This document shows, piece by piece, positions 33,334 to 43,343 of a stretch of DNA of 64,000 nt. Each line of letters begins with the position of its first letter. The first letter of the stretch is position 1. The position numbers and the translations under genes were made by a program. The notes under the pieces were generated by a model, which worked only from the letters and a program-made list of their open reading frames with translations, was not told where the DNA came from and searched no databases. Source of the stretch: Nitrospirota bacterium (GTDB lineage Bacteria > Nitrospirota > UBA9217); the NCBI GenBank assembly GCA_963845065.1, contig CAWJQQ010000006.1:128001-192000 (forward strand). Reading direction: 5' to 3'.

Positions 33334-33935
33334 TTTACCGCCCCGGTCTGTGCTGTAATGGTGACACCTCCGCTCGGGTTGACCGTAATCGTGATATTGC
33401 TTGCGCTAGCGGTCGTTATACAACTGCCCAGATTCCCGCTACAGTCGTAGGGACGACCGAGAGTATCGTACTCTACGCAGGCAGTTGTCGGCGTTACAGA
33501 AATATTTGCGAAAGATCCGGACATCAGCATAACGGTTAAGTTCCCGCTGCCACTTGGGTCTGATACGGATGCAAAAGAGCCGCAATTGTTCGTGCTGCTA
33601 CTATCGTAGGCTACCGCATAACCAGTGGCCGGAGCCGTCACACCCCCTCCGCCCGTCCCGTTGAAATAAACCCGAACGCGATCATTTCCTCTCATGGCCA
33701 GGCTTTGCGCGTAACGGATATCCGCGCGGAGTTTATCCGCGAATGATCCGGCCTTCATCGTAGTTACATTAGGCAGCATTGGTACCACAAACACTGAGAG
33801 AATGCCGATGAGCACGATAACCAGGACAAGTTCTAGGAGCGTGAAGCCTTTTTTTGATTTCGGGTTGAATATCGCAATACTCTCCGCGCTGTCCAGTCCA
33901 AGCTGCTTAGCTGATATCCTATGCACAATGCTCAT
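33330..33935 (-). CDS. Minor pilin (MshC/FimT-like); start uncertain
   Basis: G|FTLLELVLVIVLIGIL; LRADIRYAQSLAM; YDTLGRP; ITAQTGAV. Confidence 0.85.
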   Translation of the reverse strand: MSIVHRISAKQLGLDSAESIAIFNPKSKKGFTLLELVLVIVLIGILSVFVVPMLPNVTTMKAGSFADKLRADIRYAQSLAMRGNDRVRVYFNGTGGGGVTAPATGYAVAYDSSSTNNCGSFASVSDPSGSGNLTVMLMSGSFANISVTPTTACVEYDTLGRPYDCSGNLGSCITTASASNITITVNPSGGVTITAQTGAVN

Positions 33936-33972
33936 TTCTCTCTCGTCCGGCGCTAGCACGTCTTTTCTCACC

Positions 33973-34686
33973 TCACAATATAAAGCCAGCCTGACGTGCG
34001 TCATCATGAAACATCTTAACCGTGTCCAGTGAAAAATCCTCCAGATCGTATCCGACCAATGGCAGTTTTTTCAATATGTCGTGGGTCACTGTAATAACAT
34101 GACAGCCAACGGACTCAGCGTGGAATATATTCAACAGCTCCCGGGGGCTCGCCCAGATAAGCTCCGCCTTCGGGTTCGTTTTCATTAATTCGACGGCAGC
34201 AGCCATGATCGGCATGGGGTCGACCCCTGTATCCGCAATGCGTCCTGCGAACACCGAGATGTAACAGGGGGTGTGGGGAGAAATATTCTGCGTCACGAGC
34301 TTGATCTGATCGAGCGCCATAACCGCCGTTATGTTCAGTTTCACCTGCCGATGAGACAGTTTTTTTACCAAAGCATAAGACGGCTCGCGGCGTGTGTTGG
34401 TGACCGGGATCTTTACATATACCTGGTCCCCCCATCCGGCAATTTCCATGGCTTGCCGTTCCATCTCATGAAAATCGTCAGAGAGGACCTCAAAGGAAAT
34501 GGGACGATCAGGTATTGCCTGAAGAACATCCTTTGCGAAGGTACGATAGTCGGAAATCCCCGCTTTTTTCATCAGCGTCGGATTTGTCGTAAACCCCATT
34601 ATATAGGGTCGTTGATACATTTCGAACATCCCGGCCTTGTCCGCTCCATCAGCGAATATCTTCACTCGTAAATCGCTAATCCTCAT
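33973..34686 (-). CDS. Short transaldolase (TalC/LmbR-like) within the sugar cluster
   Basis: IFADGAD, GFTTNPTLM, YVKIP (Schiff-base Lys), ISVFAGRIADTG. Confidence 0.92.
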   Translation of the reverse strand: MRISDLRVKIFADGADKAGMFEMYQRPYIMGFTTNPTLMKKAGISDYRTFAKDVLQAIPDRPISFEVLSDDFHEMERQAMEIAGWGDQVYVKIPVTNTRREPSYALVKKLSHRQVKLNITAVMALDQIKLVTQNISPHTPCYISVFAGRIADTGVDPMPIMAAAVELMKTNPKAELIWASPRELLNIFHAESVGCHVITVTHDILKKLPLVGYDLEDFSLDTVKMFHDDARQAGFIL

Positions 34687-35242
34687 TCTTGTGCCTTTCG
34701 TTCCGCAAAATCCAGTCAGCAGCTTCAGCGAGCGATGTCACCTTCGCGTGGAAGCGCCGTGGTTGGGGTTCCTGATAATTGTGATCGATGAAGATGGTGA
34801 TGCTCCCTGCGCCTTCTCCTGCTTCCATATCTCGCCATCTGTCGCCGACGATATACGAGGATGCCAGGTCAAGCCGCCATGCGCGAGCAGCATCGAGGAG
34901 TAGTCCCGGCAAGGGTTTTCTGCATTGACAACGGTCTGAGTTATCATGGTAGCAAACGCGGACTTCATCAAGCGGTAGCTTCGCCATGATCTCCGCATTG
35001 ATCGCCTCCACGACTTCCCGGGACTGACTGCCGCGCGCCACATCCGGCTGATTCGTGACGACAATAAGCGGGAATCCCGCGTCGCGAAGGCGGCAGAGAG
35101 CTTCTCGGACACCGGGGAGAATTTCCAGATCCGACGCGCTTGACGGTGGATGGGGCTTTCCCTCCCGCAGGATCGCGCGGTTTAAAACGCCGTCCCGGTC
35201 CAGGAAGACAGCTCGGTTTTTTATTACACGCTTGCTTCCCAT
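34676..35242 (-). CDS. gmhB: Heptose/octose bisphosphate phosphatase (GmhB/LmbK-like HAD)
   Basis: AVFLDRDGVLN, VVTNQ, CYH...CQCRKP.PG, VGDRWRD. Confidence 0.9.
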   Translation of the reverse strand: MGSKRVIKNRAVFLDRDGVLNRAILREGKPHPPSSASDLEILPGVREALCRLRDAGFPLIVVTNQPDVARGSQSREVVEAINAEIMAKLPLDEVRVCYHDNSDRCQCRKPLPGLLLDAARAWRLDLASSYIVGDRWRDMEAGEGAGSITIFIDHNYQEPQPRRFHAKVTSLAEAADWILRNERHKNED

Positions 35243-35820
35243 TTGGTTTGCTTAGCCTTTAGCAGAGGGTGCGAAACCAGTAAATGCCAGATGACAGATT
35301 GAAACGCCTCTGTGTGAGGCGTCACAGTTTCGGAATTGACGATGGGTATGATGACACATGCGTCCGCCACCTGCGCAGTGTACCCACCGTCGCGTCCAAC
35401 TACGCCGACCACCTGTGCGCCGACATCTTTTGCGTACTTTAGCGCCATCACAAGGTTAGGACTGATGTTTTTTTCAAGACTGCCGCCGCCCACGGAAAAA
35501 ACGAACACCGCGTCTTTTTCCTGGATACGGCTGGTCCTCAGCCATTCTACGAAGACTGTGGCCCACCCCTCATCATTCGTTCGCGCCGTCAACTCGGAAA
35601 CATTATCGGTGGGCGCATATGCTTCTATGCCGACAATTTTGCGGAAATCATTTACTGCGTGGGAACAGTTCCCCGCTCCGCCGCCAACGCCGAGAAAAAA
35701 CAACCGGCCCTTGCGGGCGCGTAGGTCGGCGAGTACCTCCGCCATTTTTTCAATCTCCCGCGTTTTCAACATGGACAGGATTTTACCCGCTTCGGCCAGA
35801 TGTTGCTCTGAATAATTCAT
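35224..35820 (-). CDS. gmhA: Sugar-phosphate isomerase, SIS domain (GmhA/LmbN-like)
   Basis: LGVGGGAGNCSHAVNDF, TARTNDEG, FSVGGG, GRDGG, PHTEAFQ..HL. Confidence 0.85.
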   Translation of the reverse strand: MNYSEQHLAEAGKILSMLKTREIEKMAEVLADLRARKGRLFFLGVGGGAGNCSHAVNDFRKIVGIEAYAPTDNVSELTARTNDEGWATVFVEWLRTSRIQEKDAVFVFSVGGGSLEKNISPNLVMALKYAKDVGAQVVGVVGRDGGYTAQVADACVIIPIVNSETVTPHTEAFQSVIWHLLVSHPLLKAKQTKWEASV

Positions 35821-36527
35821 TCTGTCCGCTCCCTGTCCCTGAAATATCGCCGCGTCTCTTCCAACCCCACAGGCGAGCCGATTTCATAGAAACGCTGTAT
35901 AACCTCGAACCCTGCCAATTCATTCCTTCGAAGCAATTCCTGATAGACATCTGCAAGATCGACCACCATGTGCGATGGATAATCCTCGAATACCCGGGCA
36001 GAGAACGCGCCGAACCCGTAATCGATATGCTGCATTTCAGGAACGGTATTTTGCTTATCATAGAGGCAAATCTTACCTTCCTGTAAAAGGACGTTGCTCC
36101 TATCCCACTGGTTGTTGTTGTGTAACACGGTCATCAGTCCCAACTTACCGCTGGCCAGAAAAGTATGCTCGATTGCGGCATAGTCGCAGTCCAGATAGGT
36201 GTCTCCATAAAGCACAAAAAATCGATCACCGAGGATGTGTAGCGCATTTCGTACCGCTCCACCCGTGCCCAGGAGCTTCACCCCGTCTGAGACATAAGCA
36301 ATATCCATTCCCCATTGACTACCGTCCCGTACTGCATCCCGCACCATATCTCCGAGATAACCGACACAGAGCACTGCGCGTTTCAAACCATGTTGGCGCA
36401 ACAGTTCCAGTTGCCGCACGACAAACGGCTTACCCGCCACATCGATTAGCGCCTTGGGTATCTGTTCAGTGATGGGCCGAAGGCGGGTTGCCAGTCCGCC
36501 CGCCAGAATAGCAACGGGCAACGTCAT
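35817..36527 (-). CDS. Sugar-1-phosphate nucleotidyltransferase (HddC/LmbO-like)
   Basis: ILAGGLATRLRP..PKAL, LGTGGA, VLYGDTYL. Confidence 0.9.
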   Translation of the reverse strand: MTLPVAILAGGLATRLRPITEQIPKALIDVAGKPFVVRQLELLRQHGLKRAVLCVGYLGDMVRDAVRDGSQWGMDIAYVSDGVKLLGTGGAVRNALHILGDRFFVLYGDTYLDCDYAAIEHTFLASGKLGLMTVLHNNNQWDRSNVLLQEGKICLYDKQNTVPEMQHIDYGFGAFSARVFEDYPSHMVVDLADVYQELLRRNELAGFEVIQRFYEIGSPVGLEETRRYFRDRERTE

Positions 36528-37504
36528 CCTAAAATTACCTTTGTGCCTTCGAAATCGAACCGAAAACGTACCTCTTCAAGGCCCGCTCGAGACATGGTGC
36601 GGCGCAGACGCACGCGGTCCTCGGCATAAAACAGAAGGAACCCTCCGCCACCTGCGCCCACCAGTTTACCGCCTACCGCCCCATTTTCAATGCCGAGATT
36701 GTACCATTCATCGATGTTAGCATTGCTCATGCCGCTGGAACGTTTTTTCTTATTGAGCCAGTGTTCATGCATCAACTCACCGAAGAGCAAAGTATTTCCG
36801 GCCTCTAGCGCCTCTTTACTCCGTGTACCGAGGTCCTTTATATAATGCAGGTTATGAAGCATGTCCCCGTCCGATTGTTTCGTGCGGACGTCCTGATCCT
36901 GCAGGATGCTTCCAGCGCTACGGGAAAACCCGGTGAAGAACAGGAGTAGATTGTCCTCAAGGTCAAATAGCGTATCCGTGCTGAGCTGCAAGGGCATGGC
37001 GTCCACAGTCTCATCTGGCTGGAACGTAAAACACGTGATTCCTCCATATGCTGCTATATATTGATCCTGTTTGCCAACAGGCTCCTTAAGCCGGTCGATT
37101 TCGATGGCACAGGCCAATTGCGCCAGATCGCTGGGGTGCAGCAACCTCCGCTCGTGGGCATACAACGCTTTGAGGAGTGCAGTTGTAAAACTTCCAGAAG
37201 AACCCAGCCCCGTGCGGGACGGTATATCGGCGAGGGTCGTTATCTCGACCTGGGGACGCTTGAAATCCATAATCTGAAGTGCTTCCCGAATGATCGGATG
37301 CAGGACCTCTTCTGTACGATCGACATGCTCGAGTTTCGAATATTTAAGGAAGATACCGGGCGTAAATGGCCGCATTACCGTAACAAAAACATATTTATCT
37401 ATCGCCGCCGAGATCAGAAACCCGCCGTGATCACGATAGTAGGACGGCAAGTCGGTGCCTCCCCCACCAAGAGTTATGCGCAACGGGCTACGCGTTATGA
37501 TCAT
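36524..37504 (-). CDS. GHMP sugar kinase (HddA/LmbP-like)
   Basis: SPLRITLGGGGTDLP, PSRTGLGSSG, GKQDQY, GKLVGAGGGGF. Confidence 0.92.
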   Translation of the reverse strand: MIITRSPLRITLGGGGTDLPSYYRDHGGFLISAAIDKYVFVTVMRPFTPGIFLKYSKLEHVDRTEEVLHPIIREALQIMDFKRPQVEITTLADIPSRTGLGSSGSFTTALLKALYAHERRLLHPSDLAQLACAIEIDRLKEPVGKQDQYIAAYGGITCFTFQPDETVDAMPLQLSTDTLFDLEDNLLLFFTGFSRSAGSILQDQDVRTKQSDGDMLHNLHYIKDLGTRSKEALEAGNTLLFGELMHEHWLNKKKRSSGMSNANIDEWYNLGIENGAVGGKLVGAGGGGFLLFYAEDRVRLRRTMSRAGLEEVRFRFDFEGTKVILG

Positions 37505-38486
37505 ACCCAGACTCCTGGTAAATTTTCTCGACAATGCTGAGCGCGGCATTCGCGTCGGAAAGGCCCACGGATGGCTGCCTGTTCAGTCGGATATCTTCAA
37601 GAAATTCCGTGAACTCTCTGGCCCACGATTCATCTCCACCTGGAAATTCCCATATTATGGTCTCGGGCGGGCCCATCTGCGGAAGCATTTTGTAGTAGGT
37701 CAGTCTCTCCACACCATAGCTGCCACCCAGACCGTCTATCTGAAGCTTAGCCTTATTGCCATAGATTTCAAAAGAAAACAGATTTTTCCACTCCGTACAG
37801 CTTACGTGCAGAAATGCGGTTTGCTGCTTCGCTGTTTTAAGCAGCATGAAACCGTTATCATCAACCGGCATATTCCAAAAATAGGTATGGGCAAACCCGC
37901 ATACCTCGGTGAATTCTCCAAGAAACACACGAGCGAGGTCAATAAGATGTACGCCCTGATCTATCAGTTCTCCCCCGCCGGAGAGATGCGGATTCGCCCG
38001 CCACTCTCTCTCATAGCCTTTGCGGCCTCCGTGGCCATAGCGGCCGCGAACGAACATCATCTTTCCCAAAGCGCCCTCGCGATAGAGTTGGAACGCCTTG
38101 AGCATAGCCGCATGAAAGCGGTGGTTGAATCCCACCCTGACCAGAACGCGGGCTCTTCCTGCCTCCTCCATTACGGGAACCAATTCACGCGGGGCCCGTG
38201 CGGCCGGTTTTTCAACCAGAACGTGCTTGCCTGCTTTCAAGGCTGCCATTGTTATCTCAGGCGCTACATCGACGGTCGTCGCCACAATGACAATATCCAC
38301 TTCCGAAAGCTCCATGACGGTACGCCAGTCGGTATGGGTAATAACGCCCGGAGCCATGTCAGCAAGATCCCGGGTACGAGATAACACTATGTCAGAACAC
38401 GCAACCAGCCGCGCCGGACCCAGGGCTTTTGCCCGTTTCTTGCCGATTAACCCGCACCCGATTATCGCCACTCCCGGCTGTTTCAT
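37488..38486 (-). CDS. Gfo/Idh/MocA oxidoreductase (LmbZ-like)
   Basis: IIGCGLIG, HVLVEKP, GFNHRF, GGGELIDQGVH. Confidence 0.9.
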   Translation of the reverse strand: MKQPGVAIIGCGLIGKKRAKALGPARLVACSDIVLSRTRDLADMAPGVITHTDWRTVMELSEVDIVIVATTVDVAPEITMAALKAGKHVLVEKPAARAPRELVPVMEEAGRARVLVRVGFNHRFHAAMLKAFQLYREGALGKMMFVRGRYGHGGRKGYEREWRANPHLSGGGELIDQGVHLIDLARVFLGEFTEVCGFAHTYFWNMPVDDNGFMLLKTAKQQTAFLHVSCTEWKNLFSFEIYGNKAKLQIDGLGGSYGVERLTYYKMLPQMGPPETIIWEFPGGDESWAREFTEFLEDIRLNRQPSVGLSDANAALSIVEKIYQESGYDHNA

Positions 38487-39358
38487 TCCTTGCTCCCCCA
38501 TTGCAGCCCTCGGTCCTTCGGTACAATGCGGCGCAAGGTATAAATATCTAATTTGCGCAGTTCGTTAATGTGGGAAGGCAATTCCTCCCAAGGGTCCCAA
38601 AGCGCGCTGATCAGCCTACCGGTGATACCGTCGCTGGCCGACGACGCCAGAAAGACTGCGAGTTCTGCTCCTTTTTCGAGAGGCGCGCCTCCGCTAGCCC
38701 GCTGTTTGATGGATCTGTCGTAAAAATCTTTCCCCACTTTCTCCGGCCCGGCCTGGATGATCTCTTCCAGCAAGCGCGTATTCAGCGCGCCCGGAGCAAT
38801 GGCATTGACGTCAATATGCTGGTCACGAACTTCTTCCGCCAGCGTTTCCGCAAACCGCACGACCCCTGCCTTCGATGCCGCATATGCACTGATACGGGGC
38901 AATGGGTTTGTAGCGCCGCCGCCCGATAACTGCACGATCTTTCCGTAAATATTTTTCTTAAAATGCGGTAAAACCGCCCGCGCCATGAGCACGGACCCAA
39001 GCAGGTTGATCTCAATAGCCTTGGCCCAGTCAGCCCACTCAATGTCTTCAATGCAACCCTTCGGGCCGTATATTCCCGCATTGTTGACCAGAATGTGAAG
39101 CTGCGGAAATACGGAGAGCGTCTTTACAACAAGCCTTTCCACTTCAACAGGAGAGGACACATCCATAGCATAAGCTAACACCATTTGTCCGGAACCGGCA
39201 TGTGCAGCGACCTCTTCTCGCGCCTGCGCCAACTTTGCGGCGTTCCTCGCGCATAGCATGACGCTCGCGCCGGCTTTTACGTATGAATGGGCAATTGCCA
39301 ACCCAAAGCCTTGGTTAGCTCCGGTGATCAGCGCCGTACGTCCTTTCAGGTCATACAT
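38483..39358 (-). CDS. Classical SDR oxidoreductase
   Basis: TGANQGFG, LVNNAG, YAASK. Confidence 0.92.
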   Translation of the reverse strand: MYDLKGRTALITGANQGFGLAIAHSYVKAGASVMLCARNAAKLAQAREEVAAHAGSGQMVLAYAMDVSSPVEVERLVVKTLSVFPQLHILVNNAGIYGPKGCIEDIEWADWAKAIEINLLGSVLMARAVLPHFKKNIYGKIVQLSGGGATNPLPRISAYAASKAGVVRFAETLAEEVRDQHIDVNAIAPGALNTRLLEEIIQAGPEKVGKDFYDRSIKQRASGGAPLEKGAELAVFLASSASDGITGRLISALWDPWEELPSHINELRKLDIYTLRRIVPKDRGLQWGSKE

Positions 39359-39366
39359 ATAATCCG

Positions 39367-40674
39367 TTATTCCCCCCTTTGATGCAGATAGCCGACCGAG
39401 CTATAACGTATACGAGGGTCATTGCCGAGCATCTTTCCCAAGAACCGGTTTGGGTCGATCACGAGCGGCTCGGCCATAACTGACACCAGTTCATCGGCAC
39501 TTACGGCCTGGTATTCCGGCCAATCCGTCCCCAGAACCACGGCCGAGGCCCCAGATGCCGCAGCCAAATACGAATCGCATTGGTTCATTTCCCCTGCCAG
39601 ATCGGCCGGGAGGGTCTTTACCGCCGGATCGTGTACCGAGACTCGGGCACCTTGACTGATGAGCCAAGTCGCTAACTCTACAGGGCCAGAACGGCGGAGC
39701 GTGTCGGTCCCTGGCTTATAGGTGAGGCCCCAAAGAGCGATACGCACTCCTGCCAGCGACCCCAAAAGCGATTCCAACATTCGCCGGATCCACTGCCGGT
39801 GAATATCATTACTCTTCTTCACGGACGAAAGCAAATGAGTAGTCAAACCATGCCTTGCCGCCAACTCATTCAGAAAACCGACATCACGTGCGAGAGTGCC
39901 GCCTGTAAATGCTACTCCCGGTGCCACATACGCTTTCGGCCCGATCCGCTCCTCGCTCTTGAGTCCCCGTTCGACGTCTTTCGCATCCGCTCCAACTTGC
40001 TCGCAGAGCGCAGCAACCTCATTGGCAAAAGTGATCGATATCGCAAGAAAAGCGTTCAGCGCGTGCTTGGTCATTTCCGCCGATTCGACCGACATCCATT
40101 CGATCCTCTCCGTGAATGGGCTAAAGAGTTCGCGTAAGCGCCCCCGATCGATATTTGAACGCACACCAACGACTACTCGATCGGGCTTTGAAAAAACAGC
40201 TAACGCCTTTCCCAATCGAAGGTTTTCGGGCGAGTAGGCGAAGGAGACATCCCTGCCTGGGCAGGCCAGAGCAAAAGCCCGCTCGAGACGACGTGTGGTC
40301 CCGACGGGTAGTTGTGACGAGATCAAGACCAGCATGCCGTCCCTAAGGTAGGGATAGATCCTCTCCACCCGTTCCACCACGAATTCCACGTCTGCCCGGT
40401 CTTGATCGTCGACGGGCGTATCATAGGCGACCCACAAGACATCGGATCTCTGCAGTGCAGTAGCGATATCATTGGTGAACCCGAGTCGGTGCTCCTTCAC
40501 CCCTCGCTGTATCAGACCTTCAAGCCCCGGCTCGAACAACGGCGGTTGTCCAGCCAGAAGACGGCTTACCGGCTCATCGTCAAAATCGAATCCGACCACC
40601 TCATGCCCTCCGGCAGCAAGGCATGCCGCTGTCACGCTCCCGAGATGCCAGAGTCCCAGGACGCACACTTTCAT
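39367..40674 (-). CDS. UDP-glucose/GDP-mannose dehydrogenase-family protein lacking the catalytic Cys (LmbL-like)
   Basis: GLWHLG, PENLRLG, AEMTKHALNAFLA, GLTYKPGTDTLRRS; AFTGGTLARD in place of the usual GFGGSCFPKD. Confidence 0.88.
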   Translation of the reverse strand: MKVCVLGLWHLGSVTAACLAAGGHEVVGFDFDDEPVSRLLAGQPPLFEPGLEGLIQRGVKEHRLGFTNDIATALQRSDVLWVAYDTPVDDQDRADVEFVVERVERIYPYLRDGMLVLISSQLPVGTTRRLERAFALACPGRDVSFAYSPENLRLGKALAVFSKPDRVVVGVRSNIDRGRLRELFSPFTERIEWMSVESAEMTKHALNAFLAISITFANEVAALCEQVGADAKDVERGLKSEERIGPKAYVAPGVAFTGGTLARDVGFLNELAARHGLTTHLLSSVKKSNDIHRQWIRRMLESLLGSLAGVRIALWGLTYKPGTDTLRRSGPVELATWLISQGARVSVHDPAVKTLPADLAGEMNQCDSYLAAASGASAVVLGTDWPEYQAVSADELVSVMAEPLVIDPNRFLGKMLGNDPRIRYSSVGYLHQRGE

Positions 40675-41627
40675 ACGCGGCCCTCAAGAACCCAGGCGTT
40701 CGCTTTCAAATACTCAAGCGTTCTGATGACTGCTTCACGGATGGACAGCTTCGGCTGCCATCCCAGCGAGCGCATCTTCGAACAATCGAGATAGATAAAG
40801 GGACTGTCGCCTATCCATCCTCGTTCACCACCTGCATAGATGAGCTTTGGCTCGAGACCGAGATGTTCGGTGATCCATCGGATTGAGTCGTTCACCTCGC
40901 AGTACTCGTCCGTGCCGAGGTTGTATATGTTAACCTTGTCCCGCCCCTTCTCGACCGCAAGCAACATTGCTTCAATGCAATCCTGAACAAAGAGGTAGGA
41001 TTTCCGCTGTCTGCCGTTACCTAGAATATACAGTTCGTCCGGGTTATCGCTCAGTCGCTTGTAAAAATCGAAGACATGGCCGTGCGTATACCTTTCTCCG
41101 AGAATCGAAACAAGGCGGAAAATCCAGCCCTGCAAACCGAAACCTTCACAATAAGCCTGGATGAGACCCTCGCCCGCAAGTTTTGAAGCGCCATAGAGGG
41201 AGGTCTGGACAGGGAACGGAGCGTCTTCCGGGGTCGGAAATATTTTTGGGTCCCCATAGATCGAACCCGTTGAAGGAAACACAATGCGCTGGATTTTATT
41301 AAGCCGCATCACCTCCAGGACATTGAACGTCGCTATCGTGTTCTGCTCGAGGTCCTTGCGCGGATGATCGGTGCCGAATCGGACGTCGGCGTTTGCGGAG
41401 AGATGAAAAATAATATCAGAGCCCTGCATTGCCCTGCTAAGTCCGTCGAGATCAAGCATGTCTCCGCGCACAAGCGTGAACGACGGGAAACGCAGTGCTG
41501 CTTCCAAGAACCGCATCTGCCCCGTGGAAAAATTGTCGTACCCGGTTACCGCGTGTCCGTCATGCAGCAAGCGGTCGGCAAGATTGCTGCCGATGAACCC
41601 CCCGCAACCGGAGATAAAAGCCCGCAT
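40671..41627 (-). CDS. NAD-dependent nucleotide-sugar epimerase/dehydratase (LmbM-like)
   Basis: SGCGGFIGS, YGASK, GNGRQRKSYLFV; ATG 41627. Confidence 0.92.
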   Translation of the reverse strand: MRAFISGCGGFIGSNLADRLLHDGHAVTGYDNFSTGQMRFLEAALRFPSFTLVRGDMLDLDGLSRAMQGSDIIFHLSANADVRFGTDHPRKDLEQNTIATFNVLEVMRLNKIQRIVFPSTGSIYGDPKIFPTPEDAPFPVQTSLYGASKLAGEGLIQAYCEGFGLQGWIFRLVSILGERYTHGHVFDFYKRLSDNPDELYILGNGRQRKSYLFVQDCIEAMLLAVEKGRDKVNIYNLGTDEYCEVNDSIRWITEHLGLEPKLIYAGGERGWIGDSPFIYLDCSKMRSLGWQPKLSIREAVIRTLEYLKANAWVLEGRV

Positions 41628-41680
41628 CCCCTCTCGTCCTCCGCTCGTAAGACTGTCCCTGAACCGAAACAAAAATTATA

Positions 41681-42388
41681 CTACATAGTAGGCCGTAGCG
41701 TCATCCCTATACAAAGATTGAGCGCCTCAATCGGGGCGGGAAGCGGGAAATACGACCGGTGTATGATGCGGAAATACGGCGCCAATTCCTCGAATATTTC
41801 TCGGGGTCTGTTGAGGTGCTCACGATCGATGAGCCACCTATACGATTGCTTGTAGCGTCGCTCGAAAATTCTCTGTGCAGAAATACGTCTTGCCAGGGAA
41901 TAAGCAAGGCCGCCTTCGCACGGTATCACAGCTGAGAAGACACCCCTCTTCTTGTCTAGCAACCGGTGAATTTCACGGAATGCTGCAGGGAGGTCGGGCA
42001 GATGCTCCAGGACATGAATCGCTAATATCCGGTCGAAATAACCATCGGGGAAATCCGTCTTTTTCTGGCAGTCTCCAACGTAGGATGCAATGTCCGGATA
42101 CCGCTCCTTTATCATCAATGCCATATTTTCCCTGAGTTCAAGCGTCACATAATGCCTCCGCTGCTCCACCGTCAAATGTTCATACTGAAGATGTTCTCCG
42201 AGGCCAGCGCCGATTTCGAGGGTTCGTGAGAAGTCTCGCGGCGCGAACTTTACGACATATCTTTGGTTGAACTTCTCAATAATCCCAAACCTTCTCGGCA
42301 GCACCTCATGCCAATGCTTCATAAAGTCATCGCTGATGCGCTGCTGCTCCGGCGTTAACTCCGGAACGTTCTTAGGCCACGTCGTCAT
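41681..42388 (-). CDS. Class I SAM-dependent methyltransferase
   Basis: LEIGAGLG, FPDGYFDRILAIHVLEHLPD. Confidence 0.88.
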   Translation of the reverse strand: MTTWPKNVPELTPEQQRISDDFMKHWHEVLPRRFGIIEKFNQRYVVKFAPRDFSRTLEIGAGLGEHLQYEHLTVEQRRHYVTLELRENMALMIKERYPDIASYVGDCQKKTDFPDGYFDRILAIHVLEHLPDLPAAFREIHRLLDKKRGVFSAVIPCEGGLAYSLARRISAQRIFERRYKQSYRWLIDREHLNRPREIFEELAPYFRIIHRSYFPLPAPIEALNLCIGMTLRPTM

Positions 42389-43329
42389 AGATTAACAGTT
42401 CGATCGATAATGTACTTGGGGCGTCGTTTAACTTCCTCATAAATCCGGCCGATATACTCGCCCATCAGGCCCATGCATAAAAGTTGCACTCCGGCAAAGA
42501 ACGTGACGACCAGCACTGTCGTGGACAATCCCGGCGTAAGATCGACACCGATCAGTTTTTGGAAGACGTACCATGCTCCCAAGAGAAAGCTAAATGCAGC
42601 AAAAAAGAATCCCATAATCGACATCATCTGCAAAGGTTTACTGCTGAAACCGATAAGGCCATTCAACCCGATTCGCAGCGAACCTACAAAGCGGTTATAT
42701 TTACCTTCTCCTCCGAGCCGTTCATCACGGTCATACTCGATAAACGCCTGCTTGAAGCCGATGTAGGCTACCAACCCGCGCAGGAATCCATGAGACTCAG
42801 ACAGGTTCCGCAACTCTTCAACCACCCTGCGCGTCATGATTCGAAAATCCCCGGTATCCCTAGGGATCTGTATATCGCTCAATCTGGCAATAATCTTGTA
42901 CCCTATCGATGAAATTATCCGTTTCAACAGCGTCTCGCCTTTGCGCGACGTGCGTTTTGCGTAGACGACCTCATATCCATCCTGCAGTCGGGCATACAGA
43001 GCTGCGATCAGTTCGGGCGGATCCTGCAGATCCACATCGATTACCGTGCACGAGGCACCTTTGGAGAGTAATATCCCCGCCATCGAGGCTGCTGGTTGTC
43101 CGAACCGCCTGGAAAATACGACGAGCTTGATCATGGGGTTTCGGTCTATCTCTCGCATAATGACTTCTTCGGTCCTGTCAGAGGAAGGGTCAAGGCAGAA
43201 AATAATCTCATAAGTCTCCCCTATGCTTATAAGGACGCGTTCCATGCGTTCGAGAAACGGTTTGATATTGGCTTCTTCATTGTAAACCGGCACGACGATC
43301 GAGAGTCCGAGTGTTTCTGAAGGAGTCAC
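42385..43329 (-). CDS. GT2 polyprenyl-phosphate glycosyltransferase (GtrB/ArnC-like)
   Basis: SIVVPVYNEE, SRRFGQ, DVDLQDPPE, TGDFRIM, two C-terminal TM segments, GEYIGRIYEEVKRRPKY. Confidence 0.93.
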   Translation of the reverse strand: MTPSETLGLSIVVPVYNEEANIKPFLERMERVLISIGETYEIIFCLDPSSDRTEEVIMREIDRNPMIKLVVFSRRFGQPAASMAGILLSKGASCTVIDVDLQDPPELIAALYARLQDGYEVVYAKRTSRKGETLLKRIISSIGYKIIARLSDIQIPRDTGDFRIMTRRVVEELRNLSESHGFLRGLVAYIGFKQAFIEYDRDERLGGEGKYNRFVGSLRIGLNGLIGFSSKPLQMMSIMGFFFAAFSFLLGAWYVFQKLIGVDLTPGLSTTVLVVTFFAGVQLLCMGLMGEYIGRIYEEVKRRPKYIIDRTVNL

Positions 43330-43343
43330 GGATAGGTCCCCTT

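Noticed and set aside
33973..43329. Sugar cluster as a lincosamide antibiotic biosynthetic cluster
   Set aside because: No aminotransferase, propylproline, NRPS/condensation or resistance genes; it is linked instead to GT2/GT-C transferases and pilins.
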